A stretch of 64,000 bases of DNA from a virus (taxonomy: Duplodnaviria; Caudoviricetes), in IMG/VR virus record IMGVR_UViG_2706796257_000001, positions 94,100 to 158,099 of that record; one strand, given 5' to 3'. The first letter of the stretch is position 1, and each line of letters begins with the position of its first letter. The notes under the pieces are model-generated. The model searched no databases. It saw nothing but the letters and a program-made list of their open reading frames with translations, and was not told where the DNA came from. Below, piece by piece: positions 7,977 to 17,558 of the stretch. Both the position numbers and the translations under genes were made by a program.

Positions 7977-8420
7977 TTATTGAAGCGAATTTCGAATTCT
8001 AGTCAATTGAGCGCAAAATTCCCGCTCCGTAAGAATAGTTTCCGTTTCTTTATTTTTACCCATTGAATGAGTTAATGTAGCGTTACGGGTTGCTAAAAGA
8101 GCTCTTTTGAACCCGTCGTTTTGGGACAGTGCATCATATGCTCTTGTGATTAAATTTTGATAAGCCTCTGACGACCGATGAATAGGAACACCACGCCAGT
8201 ACAATGTCTGAGTTGGCCACCATCGTTTCTTTTTACCTTTGAATTTAGCTTGTCTTCCAACTAAAGTGCAAACATGCTCTTGCATTTCAACCGAAGAAAA
8301 TTTGAGGGATTGTAAAAATCCCTCCATTGAAGCACATTTAACTCCGTCAATTTCAAATGAATGTGGAGCAAAGTTGCTTAATGAAGACGACGGATAACCC
8401 GACCCTGAACCAATATCCAT
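7977..8420 (-). CDS. NADAR-family protein (T4 gp30.3-like ADP-ribosylglycohydrolase)
   Basis: LSNFAPHSF.IDG...SMEGFLQSLK, TLYWRG, LTHSMG..ETILTEREF align with recalled gp30.3 motifs. Confidence 0.8.
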   Translation of the reverse strand: MDIGSGSGYPSSSLSNFAPHSFEIDGVKCASMEGFLQSLKFSSVEMQEHVCTLVGRQAKFKGKKKRWWPTQTLYWRGVPIHRSSEAYQNLITRAYDALSQNDGFKRALLATRNATLTHSMGKNKETETILTEREFCAQLTRIRNSLQ

Positions 8421-8436
8421 TTAATCAACCTTATAA

Positions 8437-8465
8437 ACAAATATGGAGGGATTTATCCCTCCATC
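8437..8465 (-). terminator. hairpin terminator
   Basis: ATGGAGGGA-TAAA-TCCCTCCAT followed by ATTTGTTT. Confidence 0.65.
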
Positions 8466-8468
8466 ATA

Positions 8469-8735
8469 TTAATACTGACTACGCATTTTAGCTTTAATGG
8501 CTTTAAGTTGCGGAGAATCATTGCCGTATGCTTTCCAAACGACCATTTCAGCACCGTTGTTTTCCATGGAGTGAACGATAATTTTACCGTTCTTGCCTTT
8601 TTCTACACCAGCTTGATAGCGTTGGAAATCGCTGTTAGTAATTTTCTTAAAGTCTTTGATATCACCTTCAATCTCATATGAGAAATTGAAGCCGCTCCAC
8701 TTACTTTCATTGATAAATTCTTGGTAAGTTTTCAT
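8469..8735 (-). CDS. internal head protein with CTS
   Basis: [11 protein letters not shown] at 8735; late-promoter-like TAATAAATA upstream. Confidence 0.8.
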   Translation of the reverse strand: MKTYQEFINESKWSGFNFSYEIEGDIKDFKKITNSDFQRYQAGVEKGKNGKIIVHSMENNGAEMVVWKAYGNDSPQLKAIKAKMRSQY

Positions 8736-8870
8736 TGTTATCTGCCTAGTTAATAAAAATATATTTATTATAGCATAAAGAGTTGAAATAAGGATTTGAA
8801 ACTTATATAGTTGCACAGACGTATCTGCCTTCGAATTCCTCACTAAGTTTAAGCAACTATTCAATTAAAT

Positions 8871-8947
8871 TGGTCGAGACAGAAGGATTCTAACCTTCAA
8901 CCTACGGTTTAGAAGACCGTTGCTCTATACTATTAAGCTATGCCTCG
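8871..8947 (-). tRNA. tRNA-Arg(UCU)
   Basis: CGAGGCA/TGTCTCG acceptor, ACGGT-CTTCTAA-ACCGT anticodon arm, encoded CCA; atypical T-loop TTAGAAT. Confidence 0.92.
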
Positions 8948-9465
8948 GAAATAGTTTTGCGTCTATATACTTCTCCGTCGTAATATTTATCGACAAGACG
9001 CTTTACTTGACTGTGTGATATTTTTAATATTTTAGAGGCTTCAGAAACCCACCCAAATTTAGTTTTATCCACGTCTTTTATTAAGTTTAATTGAGACGTA
9101 GATAATTCTAGACCTCTAATCTTGGCTTTAGCACTACCAGCTTTTCCTAGTTTAACACCGGCCAAATAAAGTTGTTCCTTGGTTCGAGTATCAACTCTTT
9201 TTCCATTTGTATGGAGGTCTTTATTATTTTGGCTATTAGTAGCGCAATAAACATTTTCAATAGAATAAGGTCCAGAATCACCGATGCGACACATACAATA
9301 TTGTTGAGCTTTATTACCGCGTTTTTCTAATTTTCCAGTTGAAATCCACCAATTAAGCCAGGACTCATATGTAAATAACCATTCTATGTTTCTAGCCTTC
9401 GCCTTTCTTCTTTGATTTTCATATTTAACTTTCATGTTTATTGCTTTCACATTTATCGCTTTCAT
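8938..9465 (-). mobile_element. free-standing HNH-type homing endonuclease in the tRNA cluster
   Basis: CMCRIGDSGPYSIENVYCATNSQNNKD beta-beta-alpha-like motif, C-terminal HTH-like segment; occupies the T4 segB position; start 9465 or 9435. Confidence 0.75.
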
Positions 9466-9486
9466 TCGGCTATCCAATTTTAAGAA

Positions 9487-9582
9487 GAGTGAGAGTCTTA
9501 GTCTTGTACGGAGTAACCTTTTATACATTGGCAGCTATCGCGCGATTCGCACTTCCGATAAATGGAGTTACCGTTACACTCT
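9487..9582 (-). ncRNA. candidate stable small RNA downstream of tRNA-Gln
   Basis: Closes AGAGTG/CACTCT and folds as a long irregular hairpin. Confidence 0.5.
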
Positions 9583-9586
9583 AATT

Positions 9587-9662
9587 TGGCTGGGAATACT
9601 GGGCTCGAACCAGTGCATCCCGGAATCAAAATCCGGTGCCTTACCAACTTGGCTAATTCCCA
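9587..9662 (-). tRNA. tRNA-Gln(UUG)
   Basis: TGGGAAT/ATTCCCA acceptor, CCGGA-TTTTGAT-TCCGG, TTCGAGC T-loop, CCA. Confidence 0.96.
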
Positions 9663-9668
9663 ATTATT

Positions 9669-9744
9669 TGGTGGCCCCTGCTGGACTTGAACCAGCGACC
9701 AAGCGATTATGAGTCGCCTGCTCTAACCACTGAGCTAAGGGGCC
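9669..9744 (-). tRNA. tRNA-Ile2 (CAU, lysidine type) rather than Met
   Basis: GGCCCCTTAGCTCAGTGGTTAGAGCAGGCGACTCATAATCGCTTGGTCGCTGGTTCAAGTCCAGCAGGGGCCACCA matches the recalled E. coli ileX sequence. Confidence 0.9.
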
Positions 9745-9802
9745 GTAATTCTATTATGAAAGGCTCTATGTTAAGAACCTTTGGTAATAGAGGGTACTTA
9801 TT

Positions 9803-9831
9803 AATAATAACACTAATTTCTTAAAGCATAT
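9803..9831 (-). promoter_or_regulatory. middle (MotA) promoter for the tRNA cluster
   Basis: ATATGCTTTA - 12 nt - TATTAT. Confidence 0.75.
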
Positions 9832-10300
9832 TAATGCGCTTCACATCTGGCATAACGATTGGCTCATCAATGATGAATAACTTAACGCTCTCGACTACGC
9901 GCAAGAAATCAGAATCATATTCTACCGGATAACCTAGGAGCTCTTGTAAACCTTCTAAGAGGTCATACTCTTCTTGCTCGTCACCATCAATAAGTAATTG
10001 CAGGTCTTGGAAGAAAAGAACCTTTTTAATGAATTCAATAGTCAACTGCCCCGATTCAATACCGTTAGCAATATGTTTAACAACACTACCCTTAACTATG
10101 TCCCATTCCTCATTGCCACATTTCTTGCTGTTGTTGCAATGAGACTCTTTGAACAGTTCCAGAATATATTTGTACTGTTGGATTTCTTGTTCTTCAACAC
10201 CGATGACAGTCTGGGTTTTATAATGGTCAGCATCATTTTCCCATGTCTGGATTTCAAGCATGTAACCTTTAGGGATAGTTTGTCCGAATTTAATTTCCAT
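9821..10300 (-). CDS. hypothetical protein of the tRNA region
   Basis: 159-aa ORF, TWENDADHY motif. Confidence 0.75.
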   Translation of the reverse strand: MEIKFGQTIPKGYMLEIQTWENDADHYKTQTVIGVEEQEIQQYKYILELFKESHCNNSKKCGNEEWDIVKGSVVKHIANGIESGQLTIEFIKKVLFFQDLQLLIDGDEQEEYDLLEGLQELLGYPVEYDSDFLRVVESVKLFIIDEPIVMPDVKRINML

Positions 10301-10587
10301 TAAAATATACTCGCATATTGTTGTTTGATTACACTAAGGTTCAAAGAATTTTCAAAAATATTGTATTCCTTTCGCCCATCTTCAGTTAGTAAAAAGAACT
10401 CAAAATTGACCGTGTTGAACTCGCGCTCATTTCCTACCATTTTAACAACAGAAGAGCTTCGGTCAATGTCAATATATTCAACTTCAAAATATGATAAAAT
10501 TCCGTGTTCTTCAATTAATGATTTGGCAGCCACCTGGTCAGTTGCGTATCCGTTTTCAGTATTATTTACAGCTGTGTAGAGAATCAT
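10300..10587 (-). CDS. trna.2: Trna.2-like protein
   Basis: MILY..ENGY..AAKSLIEEHGIL..IDRSSS..FNTVNFEFF. Confidence 0.75.
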   Translation of the reverse strand: MILYTAVNNTENGYATDQVAAKSLIEEHGILSYFEVEYIDIDRSSSVVKMVGNEREFNTVNFEFFLLTEDGRKEYNIFENSLNLSVIKQQYASIF

Positions 10588-10799
10588 CACCACATTCCTT
10601 CGTCAATAATAATGTGAGTGTTGGTATTCACGATTTGCCACCAGTCGAAATGACCATCACTATCTTTAGGCTTTTTCTGATTTTCTTCGATAAGTTCACG
10701 AAGCTCATCTTCAGAAAAAGCAGTAGCAATTAAATCATTGTATCTGCCAGCGGGATAATAATTATCACCGCCAAATAACAAGAAATTGACTTTAGTCAT
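10587..10799 (-). CDS. conserved tRNA-region protein (Trna.3-like)
   Basis: FLLFGGDNYYP..FDWWQIVN motif. Confidence 0.7.
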   Translation of the reverse strand: MTKVNFLLFGGDNYYPAGRYNDLIATAFSEDELRELIEENQKKPKDSDGHFDWWQIVNTNTHIIIDEGMW

Positions 10800-10801
10800 A
10801 T

Positions 10802-10987
10802 TTACCTTTTAAACATCTGATGAGTCATGTAGACAATAACCGCTAACCATAAAAATACACTATTAATCGACGTTAAGACAAGGCCTGCTATAATTCCAGC
10901 AAAAGCAAAATCCCATTCAGTGAATTCTTTCTTGTCAAAATTATAGTTTTTTCTAAAATATTTCTGAATTTCTTTAAGCTTTTTCAT
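10802..10987 (-). CDS. small membrane protein
   Basis: Basic N-terminus plus hydrophobic C-terminal segment. Confidence 0.6.
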   Translation of the reverse strand: MKKLKEIQKYFRKNYNFDKKEFTEWDFAFAGIIAGLVLTSINSVFLWLAVIVYMTHQMFKR

Positions 10988-11159
10988 TAGAAATTTTGTC
11001 CATAACAAATGATACTACGCCGAGAACAGCTACGGCAATGAAAGCACTCATAGTTTCAGCTTGAGATAAAATTTCTAAAGACCCTGCCATGGTAGAAAAA
11101 CCAAAGCCACCAAGACATAATACTGCAGATATATTACGAATAAGTTCACAACGTTTCAT
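10974..11159 (-). CDS. trna.4: Trna.4 membrane protein
   Basis: MKRCELIRN..VMDKIS as in T4. Confidence 0.8.
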   Translation of the reverse strand: MKRCELIRNISAVLCLGGFGFSTMAGSLEILSQAETMSAFIAVAVLGVVSFVMDKISNEKA

Positions 11160-11187
11160 TTTATTTTCCTCATTTGTTTTGATAGGG

Positions 11188-11222
11188 TTATAATATCATA
11201 ACCCTCAAGGAAAGTAAACGGT
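11188..11222 (-). promoter_or_regulatory. early promoter
   Basis: GTTTACTTTCCTTGAGGGTTATGATATTAT with AGGGTTAT/ATAACCCT inverted repeat. Confidence 0.8.
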
Positions 11223-11455
11223 TAAATCGCGCCGTCGTCTTTTGCAATATTAAGAATAGTATCATACAATTCCTCAGCTTCTTTCTTACGTGCTGAGATT
11301 TTGGTGTACTCTTCATATTGCTCAATCTTAGAAAGCATAGATTTTACAGATGAATAATGGTTTTTCAACTTTTTGATTTCAGAAATAGTAAAACGTTTAT
11401 CTAGGCCTTCGTTCAAATAAGTCGATTCGTTAACAAATTCTTTAAAAGATTTCAT
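11222..11455 (-). CDS. internal head protein with CTS
   Basis: MKSFKEFVNESTYLNE: CTS with two I/L/V-x-E gp21-type sites. Confidence 0.75.
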   Translation of the reverse strand: MKSFKEFVNESTYLNEGLDKRFTISEIKKLKNHYSSVKSMLSKIEQYEEYTKISARKKEAEELYDTILNIAKDDGAI

Positions 11456-11480
11456 AATAGTTCCATGTTTGTTGATAGAG

Positions 11481-11514
11481 TTATAGTATCATAACCTGCA
11501 AGAAATGTAAACAT
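11481..11514 (-). promoter_or_regulatory. early promoter
   Basis: GTTTACATTTCTTGCAGGTTATGATACTAT. Confidence 0.8.
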
Positions 11515-11515
11515 T

Positions 11516-12484
<969 letters not shown>

Positions 12485-12488
<4 letters not shown>

Positions 12489-13210
12489 TTTAAAACCTTT
12501 TTAATTTTTGCATAAAGTTCTTCTAAAGAACCGTCATTAGTAATAACTGTATCGCCTTGTTTAATAGGCAAGCCAGCTTCTGTTATATGAGTGTCAACTT
12601 TTGAATTGACTGAGCTAGGACGAACTACATGAATTACCGTAGCACCCATCGCCCTAGCCGCGTCCAATTCATGGTCTTGACGAGTGTCTGGTACTATAAA
12701 ATAATCGAGATTTTTTCCAAAATTATCTAAATAGACCAGAGAAAACCATTTAACCCAATACATACGGTCGAAGTGATTGACCATGATGTCTGTCCCAAGG
12801 GTCTGCATGAGACGACGAACTGACCATTCATCTTCAATACTATTTATAGTGTCTTTAATTATTGAAAGAGAACGATGGTCGATATATCCGTTATAAAAAT
12901 AAGCATTTTTAATAGATAACGTACCACTTAGCCATGACATGGCAGACTCAATGATGTTTATAACTTGCACCTTTGAAATTTTCAAATCAACTTCACGGTC
13001 ATAATCAATTCCTTCCCAATCACTTCGGGTTAAAGCTGGAAACAATTTACCGACGTCTTTTGACATGATAGCAACTTGATAAGCATAACAAAGAGCGTCT
13101 TTAATTGGCCCGGCTAATTGGTGCTTAATTGCACCATAATTTTCCATTATGTAATCGGCAGTTGTGTCTTTTCCGCTTCGTTTTTTACCAATCAAAAAAA
13201 TTAATTTCAT
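12485..13210 (-). CDS. 1: dNMP kinase gp1
   Basis: GKKRSGKDT P-loop, RRLMQTLGTD, DTRQDHE. Confidence 0.95.
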
Positions 13211-13797
13211 TATTTCCTCATAGATGGATGCATTCCAATACGTTGATTAGCAGCCTCGGCCATATTTTGCCGTGTTGTAATAATTCTACCATCTTTTTCT
13301 ATTTGCAAATACTTATACGGCATGATGGCTTGACATGTTACAGCTGGGTCAGTATCTTCTGTGTAGTTGTATTCCACTTCGCCTAAGTCGCTTATCCAAC
13401 ATCCATAGTAATGAATAGACAAAACAATTCTAGTTTTGCTATTGTCTAAAATATGAACACTAACATGTTGAGGCATACTACCATCGCGCCAGGCGAAGTT
13501 ATCTCCAGTTTGGTAGTTATTTATGCCTATCATCCATTGATACATCTGCAGCCAAGAGTCCAGTTCTTCATCCACCAAAAATCTGATAACCAATGGATCG
13601 AATTCGAACGTTGAACCAGGAAGGTTCGCTCGTCCAAGACCCATAGTGCCAGAGGGAATATCAGTAACAGGAATTCTTATACCAGGTATATTAGCTGATT
13701 GCGCATTAAGCGTAAAACCTTTTGTCAAGCCAACATCCGGAATGTCTACAACAAAGTTAGTTATGTTGGTTTGATTGTATATCTGTTGTGTGTTCAA
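13210..13797 (-). CDS. 3: tail tube terminator gp3
   Basis: NQTNITNF..PGSTFEFDPL motifs, synteny. Confidence 0.93.
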   Translation of the reverse strand: MNTQQIYNQTNITNFVVDIPDVGLTKGFTLNAQSANIPGIRIPVTDIPSGTMGLGRANLPGSTFEFDPLVIRFLVDEELDSWLQMYQWMIGINNYQTGDNFAWRDGSMPQHVSVHILDNSKTRIVLSIHYYGCWISDLGEVEYNYTEDTDPAVTCQAIMPYKYLQIEKDGRIITTRQNMAEAANQRIGMHPSMRK

Positions 13798-13883
13798 TCT
13801 GCTTTTCTCCAGATGTTGTTATAATGAATTTGTCCTTCCGGTTAATCAAATAATCAACCAGAAGAACAAGAAAGTAAATAGAA

Positions 13884-14720
13884 TTATGATTTCCATACAG
13901 CGTTTGCGCTGAAACGTTTACCTTTACTTTGGAAATTCTGAAGAGGTAACATAACTACATTTGCCCAATCAGCAGGTTTAATTTCAGTCAAACTCCCCTT
14001 TATATGACCAGGTAAATATGCTTTAATCATTTTATCTGCGCCTTGAAATCCCTTCACTTGACTCCAGTTCACTTTCAATTTCGTTTTGTTTGTTATAGTT
14101 GGAGTGTTAGAATACTGCTTTAGCAGCTCTTCGAGAAATTGTTGCCGAGCCTTTGGCGGAATATAGTGTAAGTTCAATCCATACATTAATGTTGAATTGC
14201 CTTGTTTACCCATTCCTAAATAAATTATTAATGGAAATCTATCCCAATATGGAAGAGTATCTTTATGCTTAGCATCATACATATAAGCATATAATTTTCC
14301 AGGTTGCGGTTTTGTTACTTGATGGCCTCTGATGTTCTTTTTGATAGTCTCGGAGAACCATTTAGCAGATTTATTATTTACTGCTGCTCCTTCATTTCTA
14401 ATTTTATCGCGAAGCGAAGACCTGAAACTATTAATCATTATCAGCTGTCTTTCTTGTTTTGACAACTTATTAGCAGGTTTTCCTTCAAGTTTAGCAATTT
14501 TTTCCGCGAACTTTATCTTAGAAGAATACCTTGACATAGCCTTAGTGAAAGTAGCATAAGGTATTTCTTTGGACTCAGCAAATTCTTTTGAGCTCATCCC
14601 TTTGGATTTAGCTTTATTAAATTCAAGTCCTATTTCAACCCATTTCTTTTCATTTCTTGAAACTGGTTTAGGACGAGTAGTAGAACTTGCAGCCTCGCCA
14701 ATGATTTCAAAAATAGCCAT
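13884..14720 (-). CDS. 2: DNA end protector gp2
   Basis: [26 protein letters not shown]. Confidence 0.95.
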   Translation of the reverse strand: MAIFEIIGEAASSTTRPKPVSRNEKKWVEIGLEFNKAKSKGMSSKEFAESKEIPYATFTKAMSRYSSKIKFAEKIAKLEGKPANKLSKQERQLIMINSFRSSLRDKIRNEGAAVNNKSAKWFSETIKKNIRGHQVTKPQPGKLYAYMYDAKHKDTLPYWDRFPLIIYLGMGKQGNSTLMYGLNLHYIPPKARQQFLEELLKQYSNTPTITNKTKLKVNWSQVKGFQGADKMIKAYLPGHIKGSLTEIKPADWANVVMLPLQNFQSKGKRFSANAVWKS

Positions 14721-15169
14721 TATCCTTTCCACCCTAGTCTTCGAAGACCATCTTCTGTTAATAATCTGAACTGTATATTATTTTTTTCTGCGACTTGTAA
14801 CGCAGCTTTCCACTTATCAGTATTTACTGAATATGTATAAATTGAATCGATGTATCTTTTCTTTGCTGCTGTAGTTAATTTAGCAGGTTTAGGAGGAGGG
14901 ACTGTTTCTTTTTTGGGTTTTACTTCAAAGAAAAACTCTTGACCTGTATCAAATTTCACCCAAAAATCCATGAAATATCGGCGTTTTTTGCCGTCGGCAT
15001 TGCTAAAGTATGGAATTACCACTTCTTCTGAATTCCACTTCACTACTTGAGGATTTGTATCACACCATCTCATAAAAAACTGTTCCCATGAAGAGCGATA
15101 AGTTATTTTACGGATGTCTCCTCTATATTTTTGATGGTTCGTTGGAGTGAACCTTCCTGAATATGCCAT
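14720..15169 (-). CDS. 4: head completion nuclease gp4
   Basis: MAYSGRF..YRSSWE..EVKP. Confidence 0.95.
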   Translation of the reverse strand: MAYSGRFTPTNHQKYRGDIRKITYRSSWEQFFMRWCDTNPQVVKWNSEEVVIPYFSNADGKKRRYFMDFWVKFDTGQEFFFEVKPKKETVPPPKPAKLTTAAKKRYIDSIYTYSVNTDKWKAALQVAEKNNIQFRLLTEDGLRRLGWKG

Positions 15170-15181
15170 TATTATCTCCTC

Positions 15182-15205
15182 TAATAAATACTAATATTAT
15201 TTATA
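15182..15205. promoter_or_regulatory. divergent late promoters for genes 4 and 53
   Basis: TAATAAATA (+) and TATAAATA (-, 15198-15205). Confidence 0.7.
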
Positions 15206-15220
15206 TGTGGGAGAGGTTCC

Positions 15221-15796
15221 ATGATTTTTTCTTTTTTCGACCCAATTGATTATAAGGCAAAAACTGTCGATAAAAATTCCAAAACTATTAAAATGACTGA
15301 CATCTTTCGCAATTACAAATCTTACTTTAAACGTGTTGCGGCGGGTTATCGTCTAAGAACTTATTACATTCAAGGAAGTCCAAGACCCGAAGAACTAGCT
15401 TATCAAATTTACGGAAACTCTCAGTTATATTGGGTTCTTTTATTTTGTAATGATAATTATGACCCGTATTACGGCTGGATAATTTCACAAGATGCTTCTT
15501 ATCTTGCAGCAATGCAGCGTTATGAAAAAGCGGGAGGAGAACAAGTACTTTATCACGTAGATGAAAATGGCGAGCGCTATTATAATCTAATAGAAGACCC
15601 TAATAACCCTGGTACTTGGTATGATAAAGGCGACCTAGAAATGAAATATCCTCAATACAATGGAGCTCTCGCTGCAGTTGATATCTATGAAGCTGCTATC
15701 ATTGATAATGAAAAAAGACGAGAAATAAAAATTATTTCTCCTAATGATATCGATTCGTTTATTAACGACTTAATTAGAGAGATGGAGATTGCTTAA
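15221..15796 (+). CDS. 53: baseplate wedge gp53
   Basis: RPEELAYQIYGN LysM-like motif, synteny. Confidence 0.95.
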   Translation: MIFSFFDPIDYKAKTVDKNSKTIKMTDIFRNYKSYFKRVAAGYRLRTYYIQGSPRPEELAYQIYGNSQLYWVLLFCNDNYDPYYGWIISQDASYLAAMQRYEKAGGEQVLYHVDENGERYYNLIEDPNNPGTWYDKGDLEMKYPQYNGALAAVDIYEAAIIDNEKRREIKIISPNDIDSFINDLIREMEIA

Positions 15797-17529
15797 TGGA
15801 TATGATTAATAACAACGTCGAATGGTTTGTCGGCGTTGTAGAAGATAGAATGGACCCGTTAAAACAAGGACGAGTTCGTGTGAGAGTTATAGGTCTTCAT
15901 CCATTCCAGAAAGTTCAAGGCCCTGTATCGGGAATGCCAACAGAAGACCTTCCATGGATGAGTGTTTTACAACCTATAACATCCGCATCTATGTCAGGAA
16001 TAGGCGGTTCTGTCACTGGACCCGTCGAAGGAACTCATGTTTATGGTCATTGGTTGGACAAATATCGTACTAATGGTTTAGTGATGGGCACATACGGAGT
16101 AAATGCCAGAGTTAGACCAAACACTACAGAGGGTTTCTCTGATCCAACTGGCCAATATCCGCGTTACTTAGGTAATGATACTAACCTTTTGAACCAAGGT
16201 GGCGAAGCTGGATTTGAGTCAATCCCTAACGTTATTCAAGATAATAACCTTGATACGGCTATTAATCCTGACGACACAGATTTATCAAATATTCCAGAAG
16301 ATAATAATCCAAATTATACTATAGAAGCTATGCTTCGCCGCGATGAAGGTCTTCGTTTGAAAGTATACTGGGACACTGAGGGATATCCGACTATCGGTAT
16401 TGGGCATCTTATCATGAGACAAAGAGTCCGTGATATGGCACAAATTAATAAAGTGCTTTCAAATCAAGTTGGAAGAGAAGTTAAAGGAAATCCAGGTTCT
16501 ATAACAATGGATGAAGCATCCGCATTATTTGCTAAAGACCTAGCTGATATGCAAAGAGATATAAAAACCAACTCAAAAGTCGGTCCAGTTTATGTCAAAA
16601 TGAATAAATCGAGACAAATGGCTCTTGAAAATATGAGTTTTCAAATGGGCGTTGGTGGTGTAGCTAATTTCACTAATATGCTTAAAGCCATGGATGAAGG
16701 CCGTTGGAAAGATGCATATAACGAATCTCGAAACTCTTTATGGTTTCAGCAGACTAAAGGTCGAGCTTCTAGAGTATCTATGATTATTCTTACTGGTAAT
16801 ATGGAATCGTATGGTGTTCCTGTTAATCCGGTTCAAGGAAAATCCGTTGGTGCTCAATTAGCTACTGTTAAAGCTTCAGTTAATCCAAGCGACCCTCCTA
16901 TACCAAGTGACAGCAGAATTCTTTTTAAAGAGCCTGTATCATCATATAAAGGACAATACCCTTATGTCCATACAATGGAAACTGAATCTGGTCACATTCA
17001 AGAATTTGATGATACTCCGGGTTATGAAAGATATCGTCTTGTTCATCCAACAGGGACATACGAAGAAGTAGCTCCTGATGGAAGAAGAACTAGAAAAACA
17101 GTAAATGATTTATACGATATTGCTAATGGTGATGGAAATTATTTAGTTTCCGGTGATAAAAAGGTAAACGTTGGTGCAGATGAAACATACTATAACATGG
17201 CCAACAGATTACATCAAATTGACGGAAATAATATTTTGTTTATCCGTGGAGATGAAACAAAAACTGTCGAAGGAGATGGAACACTTTACGTTAAAGGAAA
17301 TATAAAGATAGTCGTTGACGGAAATGCTGATATCTTGGTTAAAGGAGATGCTAAAACTCAGGTTGAAGGAAATCACGATTATACAGTAAACGGAAACGTA
17401 AAATGGACTGTAAATGGTAGTGTTAATATGACAGTTGCTGGGAATTGGTCAGAAACTATGAGCTCAATGTCTTCTATAGCTCAGGGCCAATATACTATTG
17501 ATGGCAGTCGTGTGGACATTGGTTTATAA
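15796..17529 (+). CDS. 5: baseplate hub / tail lysozyme gp5
   Basis: OB-fold, lysozyme domain (DEGLRLKVYWDTEGYPTIGIG), VxG beta-helix repeats. Confidence 0.98.
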   Translation: MDMINNNVEWFVGVVEDRMDPLKQGRVRVRVIGLHPFQKVQGPVSGMPTEDLPWMSVLQPITSASMSGIGGSVTGPVEGTHVYGHWLDKYRTNGLVMGTYGVNARVRPNTTEGFSDPTGQYPRYLGNDTNLLNQGGEAGFESIPNVIQDNNLDTAINPDDTDLSNIPEDNNPNYTIEAMLRRDEGLRLKVYWDTEGYPTIGIGHLIMRQRVRDMAQINKVLSNQVGREVKGNPGSITMDEASALFAKDLADMQRDIKTNSKVGPVYVKMNKSRQMALENMSFQMGVGGVANFTNMLKAMDEGRWKDAYNESRNSLWFQQTKGRASRVSMIILTGNMESYGVPVNPVQGKSVGAQLATVKASVNPSDPPIPSDSRILFKEPVSSYKGQYPYVHTMETESGHIQEFDDTPGYERYRLVHPTGTYEEVAPDGRRTRKTVNDLYDIANGDGNYLVSGDKKVNVGADETYYNMANRLHQIDGNNILFIRGDETKTVEGDGTLYVKGNIKIVVDGNADILVKGDAKTQVEGNHDYTVNGNVKWTVNGSVNMTVAGNWSETMSSMSSIAQGQYTIDGSRVDIGL

Positions 17530-17558
17530 ATATTAATTATTGACTAACTGGAAATTAT

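Noticed and set aside
8790-8870. Possible hammerhead or HDV/theta ribozyme after tRNA-Arg
   Set aside because: No CUGANGA/GAAA core; the HDV-like reading lacks P4 and the catalytic J4/2 cytosine. Kept only as a generic structured element
16320-16820. Second lysozyme domain similar to gene e
   Set aside because: Normal gp5 tail lysozyme domain
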